Shown: positions 36,681 to 47,823 of the stretch, piece after piece | Position numbering within the stretch: the first letter of the stretch is position 1 | Layout: each line of letters opens with the position of its first letter | Assembly: GCA_907165135.1 (NCBI GenBank) | Contig: OU015568.1 | Span: 9,052,001 to 9,116,000, forward strand | Direction: 5' to 3' | From: Oikopleura dioica | Lineage: Eukaryota; Animalia; Chordata | Length of the DNA stretch: 64,000 nt | Program-made: the position numbers and the translations under genes | Notes under the pieces: generated by a model | Told to the model about the DNA's origin: nothing | What the model saw: only the letters and a program-made list of their open reading frames with translations | The model's database searches: none

Positions 36681-37303
36681 GATGATTTCAAAAAACTTTT
36701 TGTGGGGCCGGAAATCGGAAAAAATCTGTAAGTGCAGTTTTCTTCAGCTCGTCAAGACGAGTTGAATGATGGGTCTTACTCCTGGTAAATCTAAGGATTT
36801 ACCGGTTTACCGGCTGGTTACCGGAAAATACGTTGTCACCCGCCGTTTTTGTTCTAGAAGTGGTAAACAGATGATCGACCCAGGAAATTGTTCCTTATAG
36901 TCAGATCTCCTCTAGGCTCAAAGATGAGGCTCGTATCAATACTCTGAAGAGAGTTATCAGTAAAAACAGTAAATTTTACGTACATTTTGTTGTTGCTGCA
37001 CGTTCCTGATTTTCAGTCCCATTTCTGATAACTCTCTTCAGAGTATTGATACGAGCCTCATCTTTGAGCCTAGAGGAGATCTGACTATAAGGAACGATTT
37101 CCTGGGTCGATCATCTGTTTACCACTTCTAGAACAAAAACGGCGGGTGACAACGTATTTTCCGGTAACCAGCCGGTAAACCGGTAAATCCTTAGATTTAC
37201 CAGAGGTTAGACCCATCATTCAACTCGTCTCGACGAGCTGAAGAAAACTGCACTCACAGATTTTTTACGATTTCCGGCCCCACAAAAGTTTTTTGAAATC
37301 ATC
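36681..37303. mobile_element. 623-bp palindromic MITE/foldback with ~280-bp arms; 3-bp TSD TCT
   Basis: Starts GATGATTTCAAAAAACTT, ends AAGTTTTTTGAAATCATC; arms near-identical across ~36681-36960 / 37025-37303; TCT at 36678-36680 and 37304-37306. Confidence 0.93.
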
Positions 37304-37970
37304 TCTATCAGATATATTTTGAACGAAGAAAATCCCGATTTATCTAAGTAAAAAGGGAAAGTTTGTTACTTCCAGAATCTTTACAATTGTAATTCCATTT
37401 GGAAAGGAAGGAAGTAGCTTTAATCAGTCATTGCTCTCATCAAACAATTCGAACCTGTATTTGAAGATCAAAGAGTGGTTTAGTCTGCGACTCTTAGAAA
37501 TCTGTTTTTATTAAAAATGCCACAAAATCGTCTTGGGTTGAATACACTTAGCTGCATGAAATTGGCTTTTCAATATTTTAAAAATTCTGCGGCTAGCATG
37601 AAGACTCTGAGGTCGTCACAGCAATTATGTGATCAACCATCTTTTGGCATGGAAAGAAATTCATACGACATTGAGATACGTAGCCTCACGGCGGAAGCAT
37701 TACAAGTATGGACCCTGATCGAATAAATTAATTTTAGATGCATTGAACGTCACAAATCCAGGAGAAAGTTGACTGAAGAAGATGAGAATCAAAATGCCCT
37801 GCCTCGTAAAAAAATCTCGAAAAACATTCTGTTCAAAGTTGGTTTCCTTCGAACGTCGTTCATTTCATTTTATTTATTGGCAGTTTGTATTCGTATCCGT
37901 AAATTCCAGTGAAAAATGTGAGGCGATTTCAATGAAGATTGTGAAGCAGTAGTGATGATGACAGATTAGT

Positions 37971-39979
37971 CTATTTTTTCCTATTTTTGCAGCCGTTGCA
38001 ATTACACTCGTATTTGGAATTTTCACCGTAGCCGTAATCGAACTCGAGCTCTTCTCCCGCCTTGACATCCTTGCAAGTGAAGAAGCAGATCTTCGGGAAT
38101 CGCTGGTCTTGCCGATTATCGTAAATCAAGACAATCATGATGTTCTAAAGAAACCTTTAAAAATGCTCTTCTTTCATTTTGACTTCTTGAATCGTAAAAT
38201 TAAGACTTACAGAATAATCCGAGCTGCAGCAGCCATTCATGAACCTAGCTTCGTTTCCATAACCACTCGCATCCATCGAAAATCCTCCGTAATAGGCCTG
38301 ATCGTACGCGTACAATTTCATAAGCTCGGTCGAGTTCTTTCCGTCGATCTTGATACGCTCCTCTTCGTACTTGTCCTCAACATTCCAGGGGCTTTCACCT
38401 TCGTGCTTTGTTGCTAACCAATCGAGAGGACTTTTTTTCTTTTTCTCACGAAACCTCTCGATTATGTCAAGAACTGGGTCCACTGTGAACTCATAATTTC
38501 GTACACTTTTGCCGTTATCTTTCAAAGTGCACCGAGCTATTTCTTTATCGAACTTGTTCAATTCTCCTTTTGAGCCATCGTTGTGTTTTTCCTCCACGAG
38601 GGACAGTGACTCTCTAAAGAAATGATCGAGCATCTCCACCGCGTTGTCTTTGTTCATTTGAATCTTCTTACTTGGATCTTCCGGGTCGAAGTGCGTCGAA
38701 TGTGGTTGAACAACACCGGTGTATTCGGTTATATAAGCTCCAGCGGGAATGTCCTCTGCCGCCCGGTATCCCCAGCCTTTGTCCGTTGTTAGGAAGATTT
38801 CGGTCTTGTATCGGCAATTTACTTTCGAGGTCATGCTGTTGTAACAGTAGACGACTTTCCGATCATGACACTTGCAGGATTTGTTGCATTCGTAGATTGA
38901 AGGCGTAGGCAAGATATTCGTTGTCGAGTTAGGATACAACGTACTTTCTGTCAAAAGACCGGTCTCGGGATCATAGCCGATTACGTTCTGAGCATCCGCA
39001 TTTTTCCAGTACTTCTCGTCAAACTTTCGTGCTTCTTTTTCGAACTGTTTTGAATGACAGTTCGCCTCTTGCATGGACATTTCATCGTCAAGCAGCCATC
39101 TTCGCAGTCGCATCCGCAGAGAAATTCCACTGGAAACGGCGGAATTCCAAAGTGCTCTCGATTCTTGTCTCGCATGTCGTTGAGTGATGACCGGGAGAAT
39201 TTAATCATTCCTTCGTAGCTAAGGTACATCACATCATGTATCTGCTCAAGATAGTAGTGAGCGCTGTATTCGATTCCTTTAGTCCGCAGGACGAGCGTCG
39301 AGACTAATAGAGTTAAAAATGGCACGCTAACAAAATTTTCCAAATACATGTAAGTTGTAAGGTGTATGTAAGTTGCGAAAAGAAAGTGAAAATTTTTAAC
39401 TCATAACTAGACCATCATATTTCCCACCGTGGTTATCGGAATCGGTGAGTCTCATCTTCTCCTTAGATTCGTACCCTAGATCTCGCTTGTAGAAGAACTC
39501 AGCCACGCTTCTGTCAATCACGACTGGGATCGGATGACGCGTTTCGCTTTTGAGATTTCGATTCGGCATGGCCATATTCCTCAGACGAAAGTCACGGATA
39601 AGTACGTTCCTTTGCTCAGCTTTTTTCGCACGGCGCGGCTTCAATTCTTTCTTCGGCGGTGCCCATCGTTGACCAACTTTGTTTCCATCAATGAAGAGAT
39701 CTTTGCTCTCGACAATGTCACTTGAGTTGTATGTGTTAAGGATATTTACGAAATTCAATAATAAAAAAAGTCTTACCTGTCTTCACTTTCGGGGTCTGTT
39801 TCTTCTTCTTCTGAAGACTCGATCGTGATAACATTAGTGTCTATCTTCTCAATCTTTCGTCTCTTGGCGGGCTCATAATCTTCTTCCAGCTCCTCAAGAA
39901 CGCCCTTTGGCATCTCTTCCTCACTATCCGATGAAAGAACGATCGGAGCATTGATTCTTTCATTATCATTCTGATTCAT
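37971..39979 (-). CDS. SETDB1/2-like (pre-SET + bifurcated SET + post-SET) histone methyltransferase homolog
   Basis: VEFLCGCDCEDGC, IYECNKSCKC, EIFLTTDKGWGYRAAEDIPAGAYITEYTG, ~130-aa insert, MDASGYGNEARFMNGCC, DQRFPKICFFTCKDVKAGEELEFDYGY, CNCNGC; no Tudor domains seen. Confidence 0.8.
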
Positions 39980-40108
39980 TTTCGAGTATTTCAGCGCTCT
40001 GAAAGGTTTAGAATGAGGCGATGGGAAATTAGAGAAGTTTCAAGAATAGAGTTTCGTTCGAATAAATTATGTTTGAATTGCGGAAAGCAAGAGAAACAGG
40101 CAGTAGAA

Positions 40109-40856
40109 TTAAAAGAATCCTTCTAGGCCAGAGTCCTGCATCGGATATTTTATAAGCAGTTGCTGGGCAGGTTTGAACTAAGATCGAGGTCAAAGGAGAA
40201 CTTTTCGCTACTCATGTTAAGAAATATTCGATCTTTGACCTTTGCCTTTGGGTGTTTGGCATCAGAAAGAGTCTGCAGGATGACTTGCTCGGAGGTGACT
40301 AAAGTGGCGCCAATGTTTTCCATCTCCCGGAAGGCGGAGAATCTATTGACCTGATGAGAGGCACTCACTGCGTCCATGATCACGTGAGTCTTGATTCCTC
40401 GCTCGATCAGATCTTGAACTGTGCCTTGAATGCAAGCGTGGGCTTCTAGGCCACAGATGAAGATGTCACTGAGGGACCGATGAAATAGAGGCCAAAAACG
40501 CGCTAAACCTGGGCTTGTGCTCTTCCATGAATGCATCAACTTCAGGAGTCATCATAGAAAACTGAGTCTTGTCAGAAAGAACAAAGGGGCGAACATCTGC
40601 GAGTTCCTCAACAGTAGGCCCTAGTCCCCTGGCGAATTGCTCCGTTACTGCGACTGGGTACTCCATGATCTGGGCGAATTTGAACATTGTCGAAGTGCTG
40701 GCGACCATTTGGTCAAAATACTTAACAACTCTGCTCCTGATTGCTCTTTTAGAGTGATTTGCGAACCTTGATGTTAGGCCTGAATTTTTCCTGAACATCG
40801 CAAATAAAAAGTGCTCCCTTTTGGATTTTATTCAGCCTTCGAATTTCTCGAAACAT
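40109..40856 (-). CDS. ISOC2: Isochorismatase domain-containing protein
   Basis: ALFICDVQEKFRPNIK/YFDQMV..VTEQFARGLGPTVEEL..DKTQFSMM..ICGLEAHACIQGTVQDL..DAVSAS..SEQVILQTLSDAKHPK. ISOC1 vs ISOC2 not resolved. Confidence 0.85.
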
Positions 40857-41065
40857 CTTTCTGAAAATTGCTTTCTTTAAAAACTTTCAAAAGGCGTTTT
40901 TTATGAAAGATTTAAATTTATTCTGAACTCGTCCAAACGTGGTACAGATCATTGATAAAACAGGCACTATTAATGAGCTGGACCAGTCACACTATGAATT
41001 GACCTAGAACATTGAATATGAGTATGGTTTGGTAGGTTAGATTTGTGAAACAGGTGAAATTTATC

Positions 41066-43420
41066 TTAGAAAGCGAGAACGATGCCCTTCTTCTTTTTCT
41101 GGGCGCGTTTCGGCTTCTTGTCTTCTTCGGGTTTGGGCGCGGCCTTGGTTGCCGCTGCGGCATTGAGAGCTTTTGCGAATTCGTCGCCGAGAGTTCGAGT
41201 TGGTGGCGGCAAAAAGTCTTGACAAAAATTGAGAATTGAAAACTTGAGTATTTATTACCGTCTTGCTCAAAAGCAGCTGGAGAAGTGGGCGCTTTTTTAG
41301 CCTGTCCCTTTGTATTCTCAGAAGCGGATGTTTTCTTCATTGAATCCCAAAAACTGCCGCTGCTTCCGCCGGGAAGAAGGGGAGAGGATCCACCGCCAAG
41401 AGGAGCGAAATCAGCTTCAAGATCGAAAGTAGCGTTGGATTTCTTCGCCCAAGCGCCGGAAATACTTTTGACTGGAGCGTCAACCGCTCTGATTGGACTG
41501 AGTTCTGGGCTTTCTTCTTGGCTAATCATCAAATCGGGGAAGGTTTCTTCAGAGGAAATTTCGAACTCCGGAGCTCGGTATTTTCCGTAGAGCTCCCGGT
41601 CATAGTATTCCTAATACAGGGATAAAAGGGCAGTGATTGGGAGTTGATTTACCTGAATTTCAGCAGAAGCTTTGTTTTCTTGTCGATCCTTAGTTTTGAT
41701 CTTCTTTTTCTTCGCTGTGATGTGACTCTTGTGCTTTTCGAGAGTTTCCTTGGACAATCCAAGGTCGTTAATATTTACATACGCAAGCGAGAAGCTTTCT
41801 CCGCAAGAAAGATGAGATAGATAGCGGAATCGCTTTCGCAAATCCTTAACAATAGCTAGAAAAAGCAAAAGAGTAAGAAATCTTACCATTTCCATGGTGA
41901 AATCTTCCAATTCAACAAGCGAAGCTGAGAATCGCTCAGGAGCATCTTTGATCGTTCCAAACTCTGTAGTCATGCACTTTGCGTTCAGAGATCCGAGAAA
42001 GATGTTGGTGCATCCGACCGCTTGATAGAAGTAGTAGCTGTTGTCGCTATCGTCGGATTCGATCGAGCTGGTTTCAACATCGTTCAAGCTGATTGGAGGA
42101 GTGAGCTCTTTCTCTTCTCGTTTTTCTGCGAAATTGATTTTTCCGAGAAGATCAGAGATGATTTCAGATGCGATTTGCTGCGGAGTTTGCTCTTTGGGAG
42201 GAAGCTTTTCAGGTTCAGATTTGCCTTCTTCAACCTTCTTGGCTTCCTCGGCAGGAGATTTCTCCTTTTTGGGTTTGATTTCGATTTCTTGCATTTTCGA
42301 GTTTTTGTTCTTCGAGACAATTTTCTCCAGTTCTCCTTTTCGTTGCGCGACTAGCTGCTTTGCTTGTTGGATAAACGGCCGCTCGCTTTCTTCTGTGTCC
42401 ACTTCTTGGACTGCCAGTTCAGCTTCCTCCCGGTCCAGCACATTCGAAATAATCTCGTTCGCCTTCTTTTCCACAATCCGCTCATATCGACCGAAGAAAG
42501 ACCCGTTCTCGGAGATCTTCGTTGATACCATTTTGGCGACGACGGAGGATCGTTCTCGGTTCATTTTGACGAATTCGACTTTGGTCCCCTTTCGTGGGCG
42601 TTTCTCGACCTCAAGGATGGCTGAACGAAGATCTGCTTTTTTGATGTGGCCGAAGCAAACTGGACATTGAGGCTTTTCGCAAATGGTGAGCAGCTTCAAA
42701 ATGCAGGAGTAACAATGAGCATGGCCGCAGCGACCGACTTGCGCAGCGATGGGCGGGTGGAGACAGATCGGACACTCGGTTTGCTCCTGGGAGAAGAATC
42801 GAGCTACTTCAATGAATTTCCAAGGAATGGACAAGTCCGGATCGTACTTGAATGGTTCCATTTCGAGCTCGCAGCCTTCGCGGATGACGAATTGAGAGTT
42901 TGCTTGCACAAAATCCTCCTGAAGGAATTTTTAATTTGGAAGATCATGGAAGACACTCACCTTTGAGCGCATTGGTCGTTTGAAAGAGTTGTATCGAGTT
43001 CGACGATTGTGAGAAGAAGAAGAGGAGTTATTTGAATGAGCTGGAGCTAGAATAATTGATCATTGAAGGGGGAGGAGGGATTTGCTTACCAGAGTAATCT
43101 TGGAAGCTGAGAAGATGATTGAAGTTGTTCTTCTTCCCCGGCTGCATGACCGGTCCATCGTCAAGCGCTTCAGCGATTAAATTCTGCTTTCCAGCGGAGG
43201 GCATCGGGTAGCCTTTGCTCGCCCGGTTCGAACCCCAATTTCGGTTTTGATTGGTCTTTGATTGATTACTCTGACCATGGCCTTTGAAAATGTGTAAGAA
43301 TCACGCTTGAAAGGGGAGTTTTTCACCTTTTTTGGAGCCCTTAGGGCCCGGCCTATGGTTTATCTCTCGTTGACGGGCCTGGTGGCCGGAAGAAACAAGC
43401 GACAGATTCTTGCTCGACAT
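41066..43420 (-). CDS. RNF10: RING finger protein 10
   Basis: QANSQFVI..DPDLSIPW..CPICLHPPIAAQVGRCGHAHCYSCILKLL..CPVCF; YYFYQA..IFLGSLNAKC..RKRFRYLSHL; ends KKKKGIVLAF*. Confidence 0.9.
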
Positions 43421-44343
43421 TGTTGGTAGTAGAAGGGAATGATGAAATTCGTTCTCTGCAAAGTTAGATTGTTACGTAACCACCTTATCATTTCTAGCTC
43501 TCACCTTGATGCTCGTGCGGGGTTCATTTTAGATAGCCATTTTTGTCACTTCCCTTTGAACAAAAAAAAATCTTATAGCGCTGATGTCGTCGTCTGTTGA
43601 TTCGGAGAGAGGGTGAGAAAAAGGTTGAAGACCGGAAAAGGCTAAAGGCGCCTGATTAGCTTGCACTTTTTGAGAGAAACTGGTTGGTTAGTTATTATAA
43701 ATTTACGCTAGAAACATGTTCTAGAAAATGGTTGTTTTACTTTTTTTTACTGAAAACGTACCTTTAGCTGACTAGCTGATCGTACCGCAAGGACACGATC
43801 TAAAATTAATAAAGGTTATTTTTAAGTCTCCTAAAACAAGCGCAGAAAAGAAGAAAATGTGGGATAAAGCAGTTCTCGGACTTCTGAAGAACTGACAGTA
43901 AGTTATTCTCGCTAGTTTTCGACCCGGACGCAGGTTAATTCCTTGCCCTGCCTTTGCGGGGGCCAATCAGACGCCGCCACTGCCTCCGTTTTTTACAACT
44001 GGGGACGTCATAGCATGGGAATGTTTCTAGAACTTTTCCAATGATAACTTATCACAAAAAACTATAAAAAAGTTTAAAATTTAGCACTAAAAATGACCCC
44101 AAAATAACTTCTTTGACCCAAAACGACCTGACCTGACCCCAAAAAGTATTTTTAAAAAAAAGAGTTACTGTTTAAGTTTTCTGAATTTTCATATTTATGG
44201 ATCATTTCGTAAATGCTGAAGGAATAGCAGGGTGTAACATGTCATGAATGAAAAATCGACGGGTAAGGCCTTTTTTAAATAAAAATTGAGATGAAGGTAA
44301 TAATGTGGAATTTCGGTGAGTGTTAACTGAAAAACAAAAAAGT

Positions 44344-47300
44344 CTAAAAAACAGTACTAGCTGCCAGTAGCGCCAGTTTCCAGCTGCTTGAGTTTTTGAT
44401 CATTTCGCCCCAGAGTCGTTTTCGATCCGCGTCGCGATTCTTTTGCTTCAATGCCGAGATCATCCCTCCGCTAGAATTTTCCGTTGCAGAAAAAATATAA
44501 GAATAGAGCTTACCCAGAGCTAGACTGTTCATTTTCCTGGTAGCGGATGATTTTCTCGTAGACTTGTCGCGCTTGATTCGGCTGAATTCGCAAATATGGC
44601 GACTCTGCGCTTCCTTGAATGAAAATTCAGTGAAAACTGACTGTACTCGATTTTTTACCGTAGGAAGAAAGATATTGCGGCCAGTCGCTCTTGATCGTCA
44701 AATCTAACAGCTGATGGATCGCGACAAATGTTTCCGTGGCTTCTGAGAACTCTGGAATCGCGTCACCAGCGAAAAACTCCAGATAATTGACATCAATCAA
44801 CATTTGCCGTAGTCCGTTTATTGATACCATCGAAGGCTCCTCGTCTTCTGTCAGCCATTCCATTAGTACTGTACCAATGTGTTTGCAGACGACGAAGAGG
44901 GTTGTTTCCTGAAGGTGTCTTGTTTGAAACGATGTGGAGTCATTATGGGATTTGATGGTCTTTGATTAGTTTAAACAGACAACACTGATTTCTTATTGGT
45001 CGAAAACAAACCATAGAAGTTCCAAGATAGAAGTCAAGTCTAAGGGAGAAAAATCTTACTTGAACTTGGCGGGAGAGTTTCGACAGCATTTTCAGATTGT
45101 TCTGAAGGAAATCTATGGCTGAACGAATATGATCACTAGGCCCGGTCGGATCCTCTTCGCTCGTAAAGTCGAATTCGTCGAAACCAAGTTCGAGGATTTG
45201 GTCGACTTTTGCCTTGATTCGCGGAGGAATTTGCATTTGAATCTCCGCCCGAATATCTTTACAAAATCAGTAATATGAGAAAACTCCTTGAAGACAAACC
45301 TTTGAAGGATTGAGCTCCAATATTCGACAGGGACTTGACTTGAGCGGGCTCTTCTGTAAACGTCTTCTTCTGAATGTAAACACAAAGCTCTGAACAAGCG
45401 CTCGCCAGACATCCGACGTTTATCGACAGCTAGAAAAAGAATTGAAGGAGGTTTTTTATCCCAGTGCAAGCGTACCTGCATTAGCTCATTTAGTCCGACA
45501 TTGTCCTGATCGAGTTTCGTCTTGATGGTCTGCCGGAGGGCGCGTTTGATGAGGCTAATCACCGCCCTTCTTGCTTGATCATCCCTTTGTATTCGATTCA
45601 GATCGGAGCCAGAGAAATACAAAAAGTACTCGTCGATGAATTCCTTCATCCGGCCGAAAATACGGAGGACCATTCTGGAGAACGGCAACTTCTTAGGATA
45701 TTTGTTTCCAGCGTAGCCAGGCGACTCTAGCGTGCCAAAATTGCCACTGACTTCTTCAGAGTTGAACGGAAAAAGGGTAAAGATCTCGAGCTCTTCTTCT
45801 TGACAAGAAACGATGAGGGGAGCGAAATTGTCTTGCTTCAAGATCAGGTCGAAGAATTCACCGTAGCGGGCTATTTTAATTATTAATTTTTCATTGAAAT
45901 CAAGGAAGAGAACTTACCCAATAAGACCTCAAGATACTGTTCGCGAAGCATAGTTTGAACACTAGATAGGCTGCTAGCTTCCAAGTTAATTCGCCTCAGC
46001 GCGACGCGGAGGCTTTTAATGAGGTTCTTGACTTTTTCATATTCGATAGGATCGTTTATCCGGGATTGATAGGACTTGATGTTGGTGACGATGCGGTCCT
46101 CGAATTTTAGCCACATTTGAGCCACGGTCTCGGATAGGTGCTTGTTTGAACTCTGAATAAGGAAGGGGTTAGGTTAGGGCCTTGTTTTTAATATGCATAC
46201 CTGTATATTTTCTTCTATGTACATAAATCCCACAATACTGTTCAAATACTCTTCTAGCTTTTGAACGCTCGTGAGTGGAGATGAAACAATTTGGGTAAAT
46301 TGCTTGTTTCGTTGAACGATAAAATTGTGATGGAAATCGACTGAAATGCCTCGCATCTCTGAAATCTGGAGGCATTTGAAAATCGGCTTGAAATCGAGCG
46401 CTCTGAGTTCGTCTTCGTCTTCTTCCATCGCGAGTTTTCCGACGATGAGGGAATTGGCGCGCGCTGAATCGAGCCAATTTGTGAGGAGAATCTCACTGTC
46501 TGCGTATATTTTCTTCTGCTTCGCTAGAAGATTATCTCGCAGGTACTTTTTCAGCTTCATTCTTGAGGGGAGTTTTTCGAGGTGCTCTTCGCTAATTTCT
46601 TGAATAGATCTCAACGCGCGATAGAGTTCTTCTTTCTTCATGTGTTGATTGAGTTTGATAAACTTTTGAAAAAGCGGCAGTAGACCTTCCAGTTGCTCGA
46701 TTGACATATAAATATTCTTTCGCTGCACTTGAAGTTTCTGCTTCTCGGCCATTTTGAAGACGACCTCTTCGCAAGTGTCCTTCGTTTGAGAATCGATCTC
46801 GGCCACTTGCGACTGTAGCTTCTTGACGAGATCGGTGACTTCGCGAAGTTCGTAAATTGCATTCGACAGTTTTCCGTAATGATGATTGCAGATTGACTCG
46901 ATTTGCGTGTCGTAGTGTTCTACTCGCGTGGCCAGGCGGATTTCGAAGAGATCGTGAAGCTGAAAATACGAAAATGCATCAAAAATGTTGCTGAAAAATT
47001 TCCAATGAAAGAGGTCAAATAAGAGCCCGTTCCAGCTTCATTGGAATTTCGAAAATGAAAGGATTCATAAAAGCGTTAATATTTAATCTTTTCATGACTC
47101 CAAACGAAATTTTTTAGCCTCAGTCATTTTTAAACCAGACAAAATTATCTTTCAAAAGAATAATGAGCTTTTTAAAATGAGAAATCAAGATATTCAATTC
47201 GACATATCCCTTCGCATTCGATTATTGTAATAAATGAAAACACTTACATTTCTGTTGTAGACTTCTCTCAGCGTCGTTCCCAAATAAAGACTGTCGTTAT

Positions 47301-47370
47301 TTTCCACATCTCTGACGAATCTTTTGAACTCGTCTTCTGGCAGAAAATTATCTTCTTCTTCCAGCTCCAT
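44344..47370 (-). CDS. EXOC6: Exocyst complex component 6 (Sec15)
   Basis: RVEHYDTQIESICNHHYGKL..IEQLEGLLPLFQKF..LYRALRSIQEISEEHL, LDFKPIFKCLQI, FIVQRNKQF, YLNSIVGFMYIEE, GLRQMLIDVNYLEFF, FVAIHQLLDLTIKSDWPQYLSSYGK. Confidence 0.88.
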
Positions 47371-47823
47371 CTTCGTTTTTGATCTTCTTTCAAGGGTCTC
47401 TAATTCCAGGCTCTACTTGCAGGCATGATTAGTTTTTGCTTTTCTTTCAAGTCATTTCATTATTTTTTCTCGAAATCGCGGAAAGTGCGAATTCCTTATT
47501 TCGGAGCTCTCTGAGTGCGCGCGGCGTGGGCGAAACGCGCAAAAAGTGAGCGCCCAACCATTGCGCAACTCTAGAGCCAATTCAATGGGGAATTGAGAGA
47601 AAAAGAAGGGATGAAGAATTCTATCGACATTTTGAGCAGTTTTTTGAAGATTTACTGCCAATTTTTTGCTCTGAAACAAGTTCGAGTTTGAGCTCTAAAG
47701 AGACATAAAGAAATGAACTCGAACTTTCCTCAGCTTTAAGCTCTGTTTGAGCCAGCTTAAATTTTTTTCCAAAAAATCTAATTATTTTCAGAATTTTAGA
47801 CTTTGAAAAGGGAGATCTCTGGG

